A stretch of 64,000 nt of DNA, taken from Cenococcum geophilum (taxonomy: Eukaryota). The notes beneath the pieces are model-generated. The model made no database searches. It worked only from the letters and a program-made list of their open reading frames with translations, and was not told the DNA's origin. Made by a program: the position numbers and the translations under genes. Shown here piece by piece: positions 49,650 through 61,680 of the stretch. The first letter of the stretch is position 1. Every line of letters begins with the position of its first letter. The stretch spans positions 9,920,001-9,984,000 of the forward strand of contig CP158636.1 in NCBI GenBank assembly GCA_050273025.1, written 5' to 3'.

Positions 49650-50435
49650 CTATTGCGTCTCTTTTACGGCTGTGCATATGAGGCTATATGGATCATCCAG
49701 ATACGCCTTCCATTTTGCATCTAGATCTGTCGTATGAGGCAGATCGTTCTTTGTTGGCGCTTGATGTACCACGTCCTTCATCCCCATCTCAAGAGGCACT
49801 TCTTCATACAAGTTGCCCTTTAGGCAGAACGCAAAAAATTCAATTTGCGGTTTGCAATGTGCGGTCATGTGCATCCTAACACCGTCGGTAACGTTTTCGA
49901 CCACCTTCATAGTAATGCCGCACCATGAGCTCCTGTTGACATGATCTTGAACATCGACCGTTGCCTTAAGTCCCACAAATCTTCCTCCAGGCTTCAGGTA
50001 CTTAACAATATTCTGCCACATGCCTGTTAGCTGTTCCCTATCCGCAGCATAGCTGATCAGCCAATTGCCCATCACAAGGTCGAATGAATTCTGCTCTAGT
50101 CCTAGGTGATCAAGATCCGCCGCACAATCAGCGATATAATATTTGATGCGTTCCGAGCCAGGACGTTGCTTTGCTTCTAACTCTTGGCCAATGCGGACCA
50201 TTTCACTAGAGATGTCAACGCCGACAACGTGTTCCGCGATCCCATAGTCCAGCAACATCCGCGCATAAGTGCCAGTGCCGCAGGCGAGGTCGAGGACTTT
50301 TAGACCATGGGGATAATCCGCGACAGTATTACGCAGCTGGTTCGCTGCTACAATTTCGCCGGGCAGCTCTTCCATTGAGGCGTAGTTGGCGGCAAAAGTG
50401 TCATATTGGGTTTTCAGGACGGATTGTGTCGTCAT
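49650..50435 (-). CDS. Class I SAM-dependent methyltransferase, 261 aa, intronless
   Basis: Motif I VLDLACGTG, VVGVDISSEM, FDLVMGNW, LKPGGRF; intact ORF. Confidence 0.92.
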   Translation of the reverse strand: MTTQSVLKTQYDTFAANYASMEELPGEIVAANQLRNTVADYPHGLKVLDLACGTGTYARMLLDYGIAEHVVGVDISSEMVRIGQELEAKQRPGSERIKYYIADCAADLDHLGLEQNSFDLVMGNWLISYAADREQLTGMWQNIVKYLKPGGRFVGLKATVDVQDHVNRSSWCGITMKVVENVTDGVRMHMTAHCKPQIEFFAFCLKGNLYEEVPLEMGMKDVVHQAPTKNDLPHTTDLDAKWKAYLDDPYSLICTAVKETQ

Positions 50436-50556
50436 TCTGTAATGAGATAGAGTAGTAATATTATAAAATTATAATTTAGGTCTATTGTGTACAGACCTCC
50501 TTAGATACCGGGTGAGATATATCACGTTAGAAATTTAGTGCTTATGTTGCGGGGTG

Positions 50557-51100
50557 CAGTCACGGAAAAGTTGAACAGGGTCACTGATGGAGCGCCGGGA
50601 AAAGGTCGGCGGGGCCACACTTTTAGCCATACAGAACGCGCATCAGCAGCCACAATTTACCTTAGTGACTGTATGCACCCTATAAAAATATATTGTGGTA
50701 TTTAAATGGCTTATTAGTAATATATTGGCGACATCTACTTAGCATATACTTAGTATACGCTTAGCATATGCTAAATAGATGCTATTAAATAGCCTGCTTT
50801 ATATGGAATACAAAGGCAATACTTTAAAAGGTAGTATATAAGGAAGTAAAATCTTAAAAATGAAGATAAATTTAATATAGTGTGTAGACTTAGTATATAC
50901 TACGCATATGCTAAGTCTATATACTGCATATACGGGGATATTTTAATAACTTAAATTATTAAATACTTTAAATTCTATAAAATAAAATAAAAATGTTTTG
51001 TATATGCACTGCATATGCATAAAGCTCAGCGTGTTTAGAAGTTGAGCGTGGTCAGAAAGGTTCTGACCACGCCGAGTTTTTCCGTGACCACGCCGAGCTG
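50557..51100. repeat. Degenerate MITE-like/RIP remnant with repeated GCATATGC-like motifs and flanking inverted repeats
   Basis: AT-rich core at 50680-51020. GTCACGGAAAA (50559) / TTTTCCGTGAC (51077) inverted pair. No TSD found. Confidence 0.35.
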
Positions 51101-51163
51101 TCAGCCCTATTCAGTGGAATATGCTACAACTTTCCGATGTAGGCATGTCAATAACTTAAGTAA

Positions 51164-52040
51164 GTTCGGTTGCAAATCGGCTCCATATGTCGATCGGTGG
51201 TCCGTGCACCGATTGTAAGAAAAGAATGATGACTCTGTCTATTGAAGCAATGGAAACAAGGGGTAGGTGACCGAGTCAATGACTGAGTCAATGGGAGGTA
51301 GCCGAGTCGGTGATAAGATAACCTGATTCAGGTCGACACCATATCATATCTGTTCAATCTGTGCGCCTTTTAGTGTCGCCCGTTCTATAATTAGTGGCGG
51401 CTACTACCGTGGCTCATTTGAATCTATAATTGAGTCGATCGTTCGGGCTCCAGATTTGGCTTCGCATAATACGTGATTGACGTCGGTAAGCGATTCGAGT
51501 GAGCCTCTCTCTGCCACCAGGCCTCTATCGCGACTCCCTACTTTGGTGTAGTAATGGAACCTCCTCCTCGGCCAACGCCCCCTCTACGATTAACGCTTTC
51601 TGCACCTTCGCTTACCTCCCGTAGGAGCCGTAGTAGAGCTATAGCGACGCCCGCGACGCCCCAGAAACAAGCTTATTGCAATCACGAAAGTTAAGATAAT
51701 AATATTATATAAGGCTTACAAATACGACCATAGTATTACGATCGGGGTGTGTGAAGTCGCTATATTATAAGAAGTCGTTACTTTGGCGCGTATATGAGAG
51801 CTCCAGATTAGTATGGAATATGGAACGGAGGCTCGAAGGCTACATATTGAAACGGTGCCAAGAGCCTTATTTCAACTACCGTATACAGTATAGCTTGCAA
51901 ATTTGACGCGCTTACCGATATGGAAGAGCTCCATATTTAAAAGTCGTCAGACCTGCCGAACCACAGCCTCATATTCAGATTTGAGCTCCATATCGGTTAA
52001 ATATGGAGCCTTCATATTGAATATGAAGTTGCAACCGAAC
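51164..52040. mobile_element. Non-autonomous TIR element (MITE-like), ~877 bp
   Basis: GTTCGGTTGCAA..GGCTCCATAT at the left and ATATGGAGCC..TTGCAACCGAAC at the right, with subterminal GAGCTCCA repeats. No TSD recognised. Confidence 0.55.
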
Positions 52041-52063
52041 GGCCCCTTAGCAATTCCCCATAT

Positions 52064-53866
52064 CTACCTTTCCGGCGGGCTTCCACGCGTTGTAACTCGC
52101 GTGAATAAAGATGGCTCATCCTTTTCTTTTTGCATTTTTGCCTGCCATTCAGCCTCCTTCTTTGCAGCTAGCTTCTTCTCCCGAATAGTCCTCCACCTCA
52201 TGTAGTAGCATGCGAATGGAAAAAGAACGGTGTCGATAGCACACCAAGCAAATAATATACCAAAATTGAGACCTATTCGAGGATGTAGATCGAAGAGCGT
52301 TGAGCGCGTGGCTTCAACAACTAATACAAGTTAGTGACTGAGATAGACCTGCGTTGAGGCGAAGAGTAGAGGAGTTGAGGACTGATGTGGGACAGATATA
52401 CCATTGTGCATCGGCCAAGCATACCCCCATCGGTAGAATCGTGAGGCTTGAGGAAGTGCATAAAACCCGGTTGCGACATTGGATATAACCCAAAAGATTA
52501 GCCAGAGGGCGGTCCATGGAGTCCCGAGGAACATGGCCATGTTTTCACACGCGAGGCCGAAGGCGGCCATGGCTACAAAGTTGATCATCCAGTACACAAC
52601 AAAAGTGCCATGGTGGTAGGCATTTGGATTGATTGCTGGTTCCGTATGCGAGGCTGGAAGGTTTGACATGGGCATGAGAAATGCGAGAGAAACAAGTGAG
52701 TAAACACAAGAGAGCAGGCAATATGATACCACTGTGGCAGCCCACCGCCAAATGATCAGCTGATAGAAATGCAGGGGAGGGTGGCCTTTTGGAGTGATGT
52801 ATTTCATATGAATTGGCAGGAAGAAAGTGAAGCTGAAGAATGAGACAATTATCAAGTAGATGAGGCCAATGCTGACAGCCGGGGTAGCAACCGGAGGACC
52901 AAAAGGACGGAGGTCATATATGGTGAAGGCGATGCCAGGTGAGAGTGCTTGTGGCACGGTCCCCAAAGTGGCGGTTGATATAGAGCCATTCTGCAAGACT
53001 GATGGAACCCATAATGAGCCAAACTCCAGAGTTATTAAAGATTGTAGTGCCGTTATTGATGGTACAATATAAGATGACGATGTGGCCTGGTCCCGGGCTG
53101 AGTTGAGAATTACCTGACCTGCGCCTTTGGGATCGTAGGTTGTGTTTCCTTGCTCAACAGCTGCTCTTAGCAATGCTGTTGCATTGGCATTTATAATGAC
53201 TGCTGCGTAGGCATCTTGATTATATACGCTCTCCCGAACTTGCATTGGATCGTTAGCAAAATCTACGGGAGAACGGAACGTATAGCCAGGGTGGATGCCC
53301 CGCGAGTCTATCAATTTTTGCACTGATCCAGTAACGACTGGTCCAACGAGCGGTATTTCGTTTAGATATGGGGCAATCTGGCCGTCGAAATCGACAACCC
53401 AAACCTTGATCGAGGTCGAGAGTTTGTTCTGGTTGAATAAAACACCCCAAAACAGGCAAAGGAAGGCCAGGATAGCAATAGCAAGGATAAGGTCTTGCGC
53501 ATTGTGAGTATATTAGCTAGATGTACGGAACTAATTAATCAATGGTAAATCGTCTTTTTACTGACTTGTTCTCATCCAGAGCTGCAACACATGCAATCGC
53601 ACTCCGTTCATTTCCCAATGCCAAAAACCCACGGGAACTGGTAAAACGGCAGAACTACTGGAACGGCCTTGGCGTAGTGGACTGGGCCTCGGCTCCTGGC
53701 CCTCGTGCGCGGTCTCAATTTTCTCGATGTTGGATGTGGGTGGTGCTCCAGATAGAGATTCCCTACGGTCCCTTTGATCTTCATTATCACTGGAGAAAGA
53801 CGAAGATGAGGAGGAGGCTTCAGCTTCAGCTTCATAGTCTGGAGCAATCTGGGCGCCGAAGGACAT
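52064..53866 (-). CDS. SNG1-like / DUF3533 multi-pass membrane protein (nitrosoguanidine-resistance family); exons 53866-53566, 53493-52402, 52320-52064
   Basis: Family motifs VWVVDFDGQIAPY, AAVIINANATALL, SIGLIYLIIVSFF, FVVYWMINF, FYRWGYAWPMHN/VVEA..TLFDLH.RIGLNFGILFAW; phase-consistent introns. Confidence 0.9.
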
Positions 53867-54351
53867 GGTGTTTTTGCTGCCTCGGGTTTGCTACCTCGGT
53901 GCACTGGGTAGGTAATCAACGCATGGCACGGTTTGGTTTTGCGAGGTTCGAGATGTGAGAAATGGCGAGCGGGGTGGAGGCAGGATATATGCCATAGTGG
54001 TATAAATGAATATGGACTGTTCTCCATAGAGGATTTCCATTACCATTGGCCTAGAGGAGCTGCCCTCAATGCTGACGAAGCTGAGTCAAACCAACTGGGA
54101 GAAAAGCAGAGGAATCGGAGAATTACTAATAAAGCGCGAAATGTGTTGGCACTTGTTATCTCAGTAAGCGACTCACACAGCAAGGGTAGAAGTAAGGCGC
54201 ACTCACTAATACTAAAGTGTTACTAGTCTTAACGCCACTTCCTTTTAACCAATTAGCTATCTGCTGGCCTTAAGTCTGCCCTGCCGTCTAGGGGCCTTTG
54301 GTGCGGAACTCTATAGTACTTAACTTTAACTTTTGCAATTTTATATGTTAT

Positions 54352-55145
54352 GTTCTTTAATTAACGTCTAATACGGATCCCATCTTAGCTCACGCAGACT
54401 ACTCCGTACTAAGGAAAATTGTGTATTATATAGGTATAAAAACCCCTAGTGTTGTAGAGGGGAAAATCCCTATAAGCCACCTTAGTAGGATAAAAAATCC
54501 TTATTAGCTACCTCTGCACATAGCTACGTCCTAATCTCCGCTAGATATTAGATCTCCTTAGTAACCACTATATCCTTCTCTTTACTCGCCTCAAACTAGA
54601 GCTAGGGTTCACTTGGCTAAGTCCTACTATTAATTGCTATATACTTGTAGTGGTTTCCTATATTTTAACCCATCTCTTACGCACGCCACCTCTATTATTT
54701 ACTGTATATACCCTCCCCCTCCTAAAGCCTATTAAAGGCGTAAAACTAGCCCTGTAATACCGAAAGGCGAGCAGGATATGTATGTGCTCAGTATCTTTTA
54801 TACTTAGGCCCTAATTGCTAGGCCCTCTTTAGGAGGGACTAGTCCGTAGAGAGGAGACAAGGAGCGCCGTAGAGGGTTGCTATTTAGGCTACTAGGTAGA
54901 ATATAGTACGGATATGCTCCGCGGGCGATCGCCTTAAGGGCTAGGAGGGGGTGTATATTTATTTATTCGTTCGTTTAATTGCTCGTTTATTAATATAAGA
55001 TGTCGTTAATATCTTTATTTTGGGGTTTAGGGACGTTAAATCCGACTCGTATCTATAAGGATTATATATAGGTAGGCTCGGGTAATGCGTAGTAGTCGTT
55101 TACTATAAGGGGGAAACCGTTAGTAATAGTTTTCGAGATCTTACC
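54352..55145 (-). mobile_element. Second, diverged copy of the non-autonomous LINE-partner element; 5' side interrupted by an LTR
   Basis: Reverse complement aligns in blocks with 23110-23960 (AGATCTCGAAAAC, AACGAACGAATAA, CGCCCGCGGAGCATA, GGATCCGTATTAGACGTTAATTAAAGAAC). Confidence 0.85.
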
Positions 55146-55293
55146 TGTTGGAAAACAAGCCCGCAACAATATCACGTGATGAGACTTGTGGAGAAAGCTC
55201 TTGGCAGGAATCTGACCAATTAGACAACTTTGACCGGCGGTCAAAGTTCCTTAAAATCTCTTTAACCACCTATATAGAAAATAAGCAATATAC
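55146..55293 (+). mobile_element. 5' part of a Copia-type LTR, interrupted by LTR C1
   Basis: Starts TGTTGGAA...CAAGC...TATCACGTGA, like the Copia LTR at 3997 read on the minus strand. Confidence 0.55.
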
Positions 55294-56813
55294 TGTCACG
55301 GAACCCTACCGCAGGGGCCTCCATAGGAGAGCCCCGTGCTCTTGCATACACCTCGCGTATAGCTTATGTCAGCTACGCGTAGGTATATCACCTCCTTACG
55401 CCCTCGACCCTTACGATCGATCGCGCAACGTCTTGTAGACTCCTCGAATACATACGCTCTGTAGCCACTACCCCCGTTCCATAACATTACGTTACGCCTT
55501 TTTACCACCGACGCTTAGCCTATAACCAATTCTACGTCTTTATAATACTATAGGCGCTGCTAAAAGCAGCGTATCTATAAATTACCTTACTTTATACTTC
55601 TAAGGAACCCACAATAGTAAGACGATATTTCTTATTAGCTACTATATTAAACCTAAAGAATAATCTAATACCTATACTTAACCTATAACGCCAATTAATC
55701 CTAGGAGAATTTAATTTATTAGCCCTAACCCCTAAGGAGATAGATACTAATAATGTTTTATCTTTTATTAACTATATAACTACAGATAAGTAAATAGAAG
55801 GGCTACTACCTATTAAAATTAAAATATAAAACGCCGAGACGTTTATAAAAATAGTAGTATAAGACCTTAATAAATACTACCGCCTTTTATAGAACTACCA
55901 CCTAAAGCTTATGCAAGCTAAGATGCGTATTACCTAAGATCGCGATATTATCTAAGACCTATAAGCTCGTAAGGCGCTCGCTAATAACACACGTTAAGAA
56001 ACCAAAGACGACCTCTGCGTGTCTAAACACGACGTTTAACAGTTAAAGAAGAATAAGATTGTACTAGTTGCTACGGTTACTGAAAAAGAAGGCATAATTA
56101 AATACCTATAATCTTAGCCTAAGGATCTAATGTACGCTACCCTAATCCCTTAGTCTTTTAAGGAGACCGTAAGGAATATAGCTACTAGAAGATATAAATC
56201 CGCAAGAAACTAACTTAGAGCGCCTACCTTTTTCCTATAGAAGATACTAAGATTAGCTATATTATTAGGCGAATAAAGGGTATACTATTTAATAAGTTCT
56301 ATATTAAATTCTAGGAATATACTAAAGCCCTCGCCTAAGACGATACTAAAGATTAGGAGGATCTCCTTAAAAAAGTTACTTATTGCCTTAGTTACGCAGC
56401 CGCTAGCTATAACTATAACAATGTTTATAAGATGGTAGCAGCTCTATAGAAGATTAAACGACGACTAAATCAGATTGCTATTGCTAACCCTTACTTAAAG
56501 ACCTCTCTATAGAAGCCCTCTAGGCCTACTAAACCTATATATACTAAGCTACCGATACTTACTACCTTAAGTACCACTAGAGCTAACATCGACTTCTCTA
56601 TACTAACCTTTCTGTAAAAACTCCTAGATGGAGAGCGCGAGGTACTTTAGAAATTAGAATGCTGCTATAGATGCCGTTAAGAAGGCTATTATTACGATAA
56701 CCTAAACTGCCTAATAGCTAAGTTTAGTATTTGCCGCTTAATACCTAACCTAATGCCCCAAATACTAAATATATTACTACGCGCCACTACTATATAAGAT
56801 AAAGACGTAGTAA
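55294..56813 (+). mobile_element. Gypsy family C copy 1: 5' LTR (55294-55486) plus RIP-mutated gag-like region
   Basis: 193-bp TGTCAC...TAACA LTR that matches 61681-61873 in reverse complement. Confidence 0.8.
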
Positions 56814-57054
56814 TGTTACAAACGCTTTAAGTACGATGTTACGACTACTTGGAAAGGAGTTAGAAGAAGCTAGTTAGTTAATATAAGCACGGTCTAGGAT
56901 AGAGCCGATAGAGCTATATAATGAGGAATAGTAACCAAGGTTACGTGACGTAATCTATATAATCTATAGGACTTATATAATCTATAACAGAGCGGATAGA
57001 GTATACGTATATTACGTATAAGAAGGATTTTATAGGAGTACGGTCACGGCCTCT
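56814..57054 (+). mobile_element. 5' part of a family-A-related LTR
   Basis: First ~100 bp near-identical to the LTR at 7811; looser similarity continues to the TATA region. Confidence 0.85.
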
Positions 57055-57612
57055 ATATAGGGCGCCTCCTTCCAGAAGGCGCGGATAATATACTCCGCCG
57101 TGGTCCGGCCGGCAATCTTATACGGATATAGTACCTAATACTCGCTACCGGAGTAGACGAAGCCCAAGGAGATAAGCAAAACCAAGCTGCGCCAGCTAGG
57201 CGTAGTATAAAACCTATGCCTCCGCACCATCGCGGGGGCGTATAAATTAATACCAATAGCAGTACTGGAGCACGAGAAGGGGTTTCCGCCGCTATAGATA
57301 CACCTTAAAGAGCTGGCTGTAGCCTACGCGGAGAGGACACGGGAAGGACCGGCAAGAGAGCATATTAAGAGGGAGTGTAATACTATACGGGCCACGATAG
57401 CCTACTAACTCCGGCCTAGAATAAAGCTATTAATGCGGCCCACTAGACGGGATAAGCTTAAGAGGATAGCGGCCGCTATCTTAGGGATAGATATATAGCT
57501 AATAGACTTATTTAAAGCGTAGTATAAGAGAAATAAAAGGGCTGGGGTATAAAAGGCGTTTAAGGAGCAGTGGAAAAGGGAATAGGAAAAGTACTAGAGC
57601 ACGCTTACCTAC
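57055..57612 (+). mobile_element. 5'-truncated Tad1-clade LINE fragment (post-RT region of ORF2)
   Basis: GASFQKARIIYSAVVRPAILYG...QNLCLRTIAGAYK.TPIAVLEHE.GVPPL. Confidence 0.85.
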
Positions 57613-60600
57613 TGTAACGGCGCTATCGCACGTTACCTGCCAAATTCTGCCATATTCTGCTAACCTGCGATTGGCCCGCCTAAAGCTAGCGCCTTGGCGG
57701 CTCACCCTATATATTTGTTTACATCGGTCCTAGCGACCCCTTTTCCTTCTCTTTAGCTTAGTATCTTCGTAATACAGCATTCTACAAGCTTCGGTTTAAA
57801 GGCATTTGTATAAGCTGTAACATTATACTAAGCTCTCCCTATATTACCTGGGAAGGCCTTAATAATATCCTACCCCAAAGTAACTTCGTCTGCAACGACG
57901 CATTAACGCGCTATACTTAGATACTAAATAACTCTACATTGCTTAGGAAGGCCTTAATAATATCCTACCTTATAAGCTAGATAGGACTAGACCTGTACCC
58001 CCAGAATTAAAACTAAAGCGTATAATACTGACGAACTTTAGGAAGCTAATAATGGCACCTAAAGTAAGCTTATTTAAGAGAGCTGCCTCTACCTAAGAGG
58101 AACCTAAGATCTAATTGGGATCAGAAAATGAAGATAATAATGACGTTATAGACGTACGCGAGTAGATTCGCGCCCTCGTAGCCAGCTAGGAAGCCAATCG
58201 TCTTAAAGCGAGAAATATATAAGAGACCCTATAAGAGATCCTAGAAAGCCTTATAGCCCTATAAAATAGCCCAGCTTCCCTTTTTTAAAGCCCTAGCCGA
58301 CCTGTTTACTTTATTAAATGCAATATACTAGAGAGTACGGATATAATAACGAAGTAATTAAAGTCCATTAAGCTCCCTAACCCCCTACCACTGTCTAACG
58401 GGATAGACCCTACCTTTAAGAATTAGAGGATTTAAGTACAAGGAAAGCTCTATATTAACTATAACTATTTCCTTTCTAAAGAAGCTAAAATACTCTACCT
58501 CTTTGGTTAAACTACTAGGGACGCCTAACGGCACCTTTAAGCTAAGTTTAAGGACGACTCCCCTATCCGATTTATATCTATTAATAAGATAATATAGCAC
58601 CTAGTGGTTATTTATATTAACCCAAATAAAGTACAGGATACCTGTTATAACTATAATCGCCTAATAATAAAACTAAACTAACCCTTTGCCAAATTCTAGA
58701 CTTAATTCCTATACCTTATAGGAGAAGGCTAGGTTCCCCTTAAGAACTACCGATTAGACCTATATAATAAGCTAATAATCTAGCTATAAGAAAAAATTGC
58801 TATAACCTTAAATAACCTACTAACCTATGAAAAACTTATAGCTTATTACCTATTATTAAACTTAAAACTAAAGCGGATTAACGCCTACCCTAATTAGCAG
58901 AAGCAACTCTGTAATAATTGGAACTCGCTAGCTACGCCTATAGGAGCTAGAGTAGGAAGATAAGTTACAACTGCTCTTATACTAAAGGCGGTTATAATTA
59001 CGTACTGGTGAGCCTCGCCTAACTAGTTATATACCACGCCATTAACTAGTATTTACTGTAATACTCTAATTAACCCTGCCTCGGCTATATGCTTTAACTA
59101 TAATAAATAGGGTTACTTTACCTTATCCTGCCCGGAGCTAAAGGATATAGGCAATATTAAGGAGATAGAGGAAGGAGAAACGTCTAATAAGTTAGAAAAA
59201 GAAGAACTCTAGGGAAAGACTCCCCCCTAGGATACCCTATTAATCTTAAAGAGATTAATCTTAGTTAGTTAATAGGTGGAAAGTATTTTATGTTTCTATA
59301 TATAGTATCTTAAAATGGATATAGAGTTAATATAACCGCCCTTATTAACACTAGAGCAAATAGCTTTGCCTTTATAAATACTGCCTATATAAATAATATT
59401 GCCAAGTTTTTAAATACAGAAGCCATCTAACTAAAGAAGCCTGTTTAGGTAAAAGGCTATAATAGCTAAGCTAGTTGGCCTATTACCTACGTCTTAAAGT
59501 TATATATCGCTCTTAACAGACGATACTAATACGATATCCCCTTTTGTATCCTAGACCTAAGGTCTTATAATATAATCCTTAGACGAAAATGGATGTCCTA
59601 TTTTAATATTTAGCTAAATATACGATAAAGATAGTTTATCTAGCCGGAGGATAGACCGAGGTTGCCCTCCTTTATTAGGGAGATCCGAACTAACCGTAAG
59701 ACACTAGCCGTAAGGGCTAACTCTACCTACTAGTAGGATGTCCGGGCCCGTAACCTAGCCTTTACTTAAGAAGACGCCCACTATAAAGCTAGAAAGAACT
59801 CTATACCAATAAAGATACTCCCCTAAAGCGCTATGTTTAAAGAGGACTCTATATATAGAAGTGGGATAGATAGTGACATAGATAACGTCTAAATCGTATA
59901 GATCTAACCGGTATAGAAAAGAACGTATTAATAGGATATAAGGGATAACCTCTAAAAGATATAATAGGAGCTAAAAGGAGTAATAATAACGCTAGTACCC
60001 TAGAAGTCCCTAAAGTTACATACGCCCCTATTGTTAGGTAAACCCCCTACTATAGATATTGCCGCAATTAGCGCTATAGTGTTTTACTTTAATATATACC
60101 GGAAGGATAATAAGGTCTTTATAATGAGCCTATATAAGATTAACCGAATTATTAATAATAGAGAGGAAAGGCTAACTAAGGAAACCAACGAGGAACTAGT
60201 TAAACGCCTTCTTCCTACTATTTATATAGACTATAAGGATGCATTCTTAAAGGCGGCCTTAGATAAGCTACCCCCCTACTAGATATACAATTATAAGATT
60301 TAATTAGAAGCCAATAACTTGCTAGGCTATAGCCCCCTCTATTATTAATTAATAGATAAGCTAAAAGCAATAAAGTAGTACTTAATTAATAACCTAGATA
60401 AAGGGTTTATTGAGCTAAGTTAAGCCCCTTTTACTTTCCCTATCTTATTTATAAAAAAGCCTAATAAAGGCCTTCGTTTTTATATTAACTATTAAAAGCT
60501 AAACGCTATTACTTAAAAGAACTAGTATTCTATTTCTCTAATTAACGAGACCCTTACACGTCTAAGCTAGGTAAAGATCTTTACTAAACTTAATATCCGC

Positions 60601-61680
60601 CAAGCTTTCTACCGAATTAGGATAAACCCTACATCCGAAGATTTAATAATATTCTATACCTATTATAGTTCCTATAAATATAAAGTTCTTCCTTTTAGAC
60701 TAATAAACGGACCGGCTACGTACTAAAGGTATATAAATAATGTTCTTTTTTATTACCTTAACGAATTCTGTACAGCATACCTAGACAATATCCTTATATA
60801 CTTAGACGACGAACTTAAGTATTAAGTTTATGTTAAAAAGGTCCTAGAGAGACTACGGAACGCGGGCTTATAAGTTAATATTAAGAAATACAAGTTTGGA
60901 GTAAAACGTATAAAATACCTCGGGTTTATCGTAACTATGGAAGGAATTAAGGTTAACCCTAAGAAGGTAGAGGCAATCCGTAACTAAAAGCCTCCTTATA
61001 TAGTAAAAGGAATTTAATCCTTCCTTAGCTTTTATAACTTCTATTAACGGTTTATCCGTAACTATAGAATTATAGTAAAACCTCTTATATAACTAACTAG
61101 GAAGGACACATCTTTTGTTTTTAATAATAGCTATATAGAAGCCTTTAAAGAGATAAAGGATCGGCTTATCTCTTCTCTAATTCTACGTTACTATAACCCG
61201 GACCTTAAATTAATGCTAGAAACGGATGCCTCTAATGGGGTTATAGTGGGAATCCTATTATAGTTATATCCAGACGGCGAATAGTACCCTATAGCTTTTT
61301 TCTTAAAGATAATGGACTTAGCTAAGTGTAACTACGAAGTATATAATAAAGAAATGCTAGCTATTATTTAATTACTCTCCTAATAGCGCGTAGAGCTTAA
61401 AGGTATAAACTCCCGGATTAAGATATATACAGATTATAAAGCCTTAGAGTACTTTATAACTATAAAGCAGCTTACTAAATAATAAGCCCATTAGGCCGAA
61501 ATATTCTCCTAATTCTTTTTTATGATTATATATTATTCTAGTAAGCAAAACTTTAAGGCTAATACCCTAACCTAAAGAGAATAAGATATAGGACCTTAGG
61601 AAAAGCTAAAGACCTAATATTAGACGCGTGTCCTCCTTTATCTAGAATAGCTCGACCCGCGGATCCTTAAGGAGCTAGAC
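57613..61680 (+). mobile_element. Gypsy family E: 5' LTR (57613-57822), gag, protease, RT and RNase H; cut by C2
   Basis: TGTAAC...GTAACA LTR; CFNC..GH....CP ~59090, LIDTGA ~59341, AYLDDILIY ~60775, ETDAS ~61220. Confidence 0.88.
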
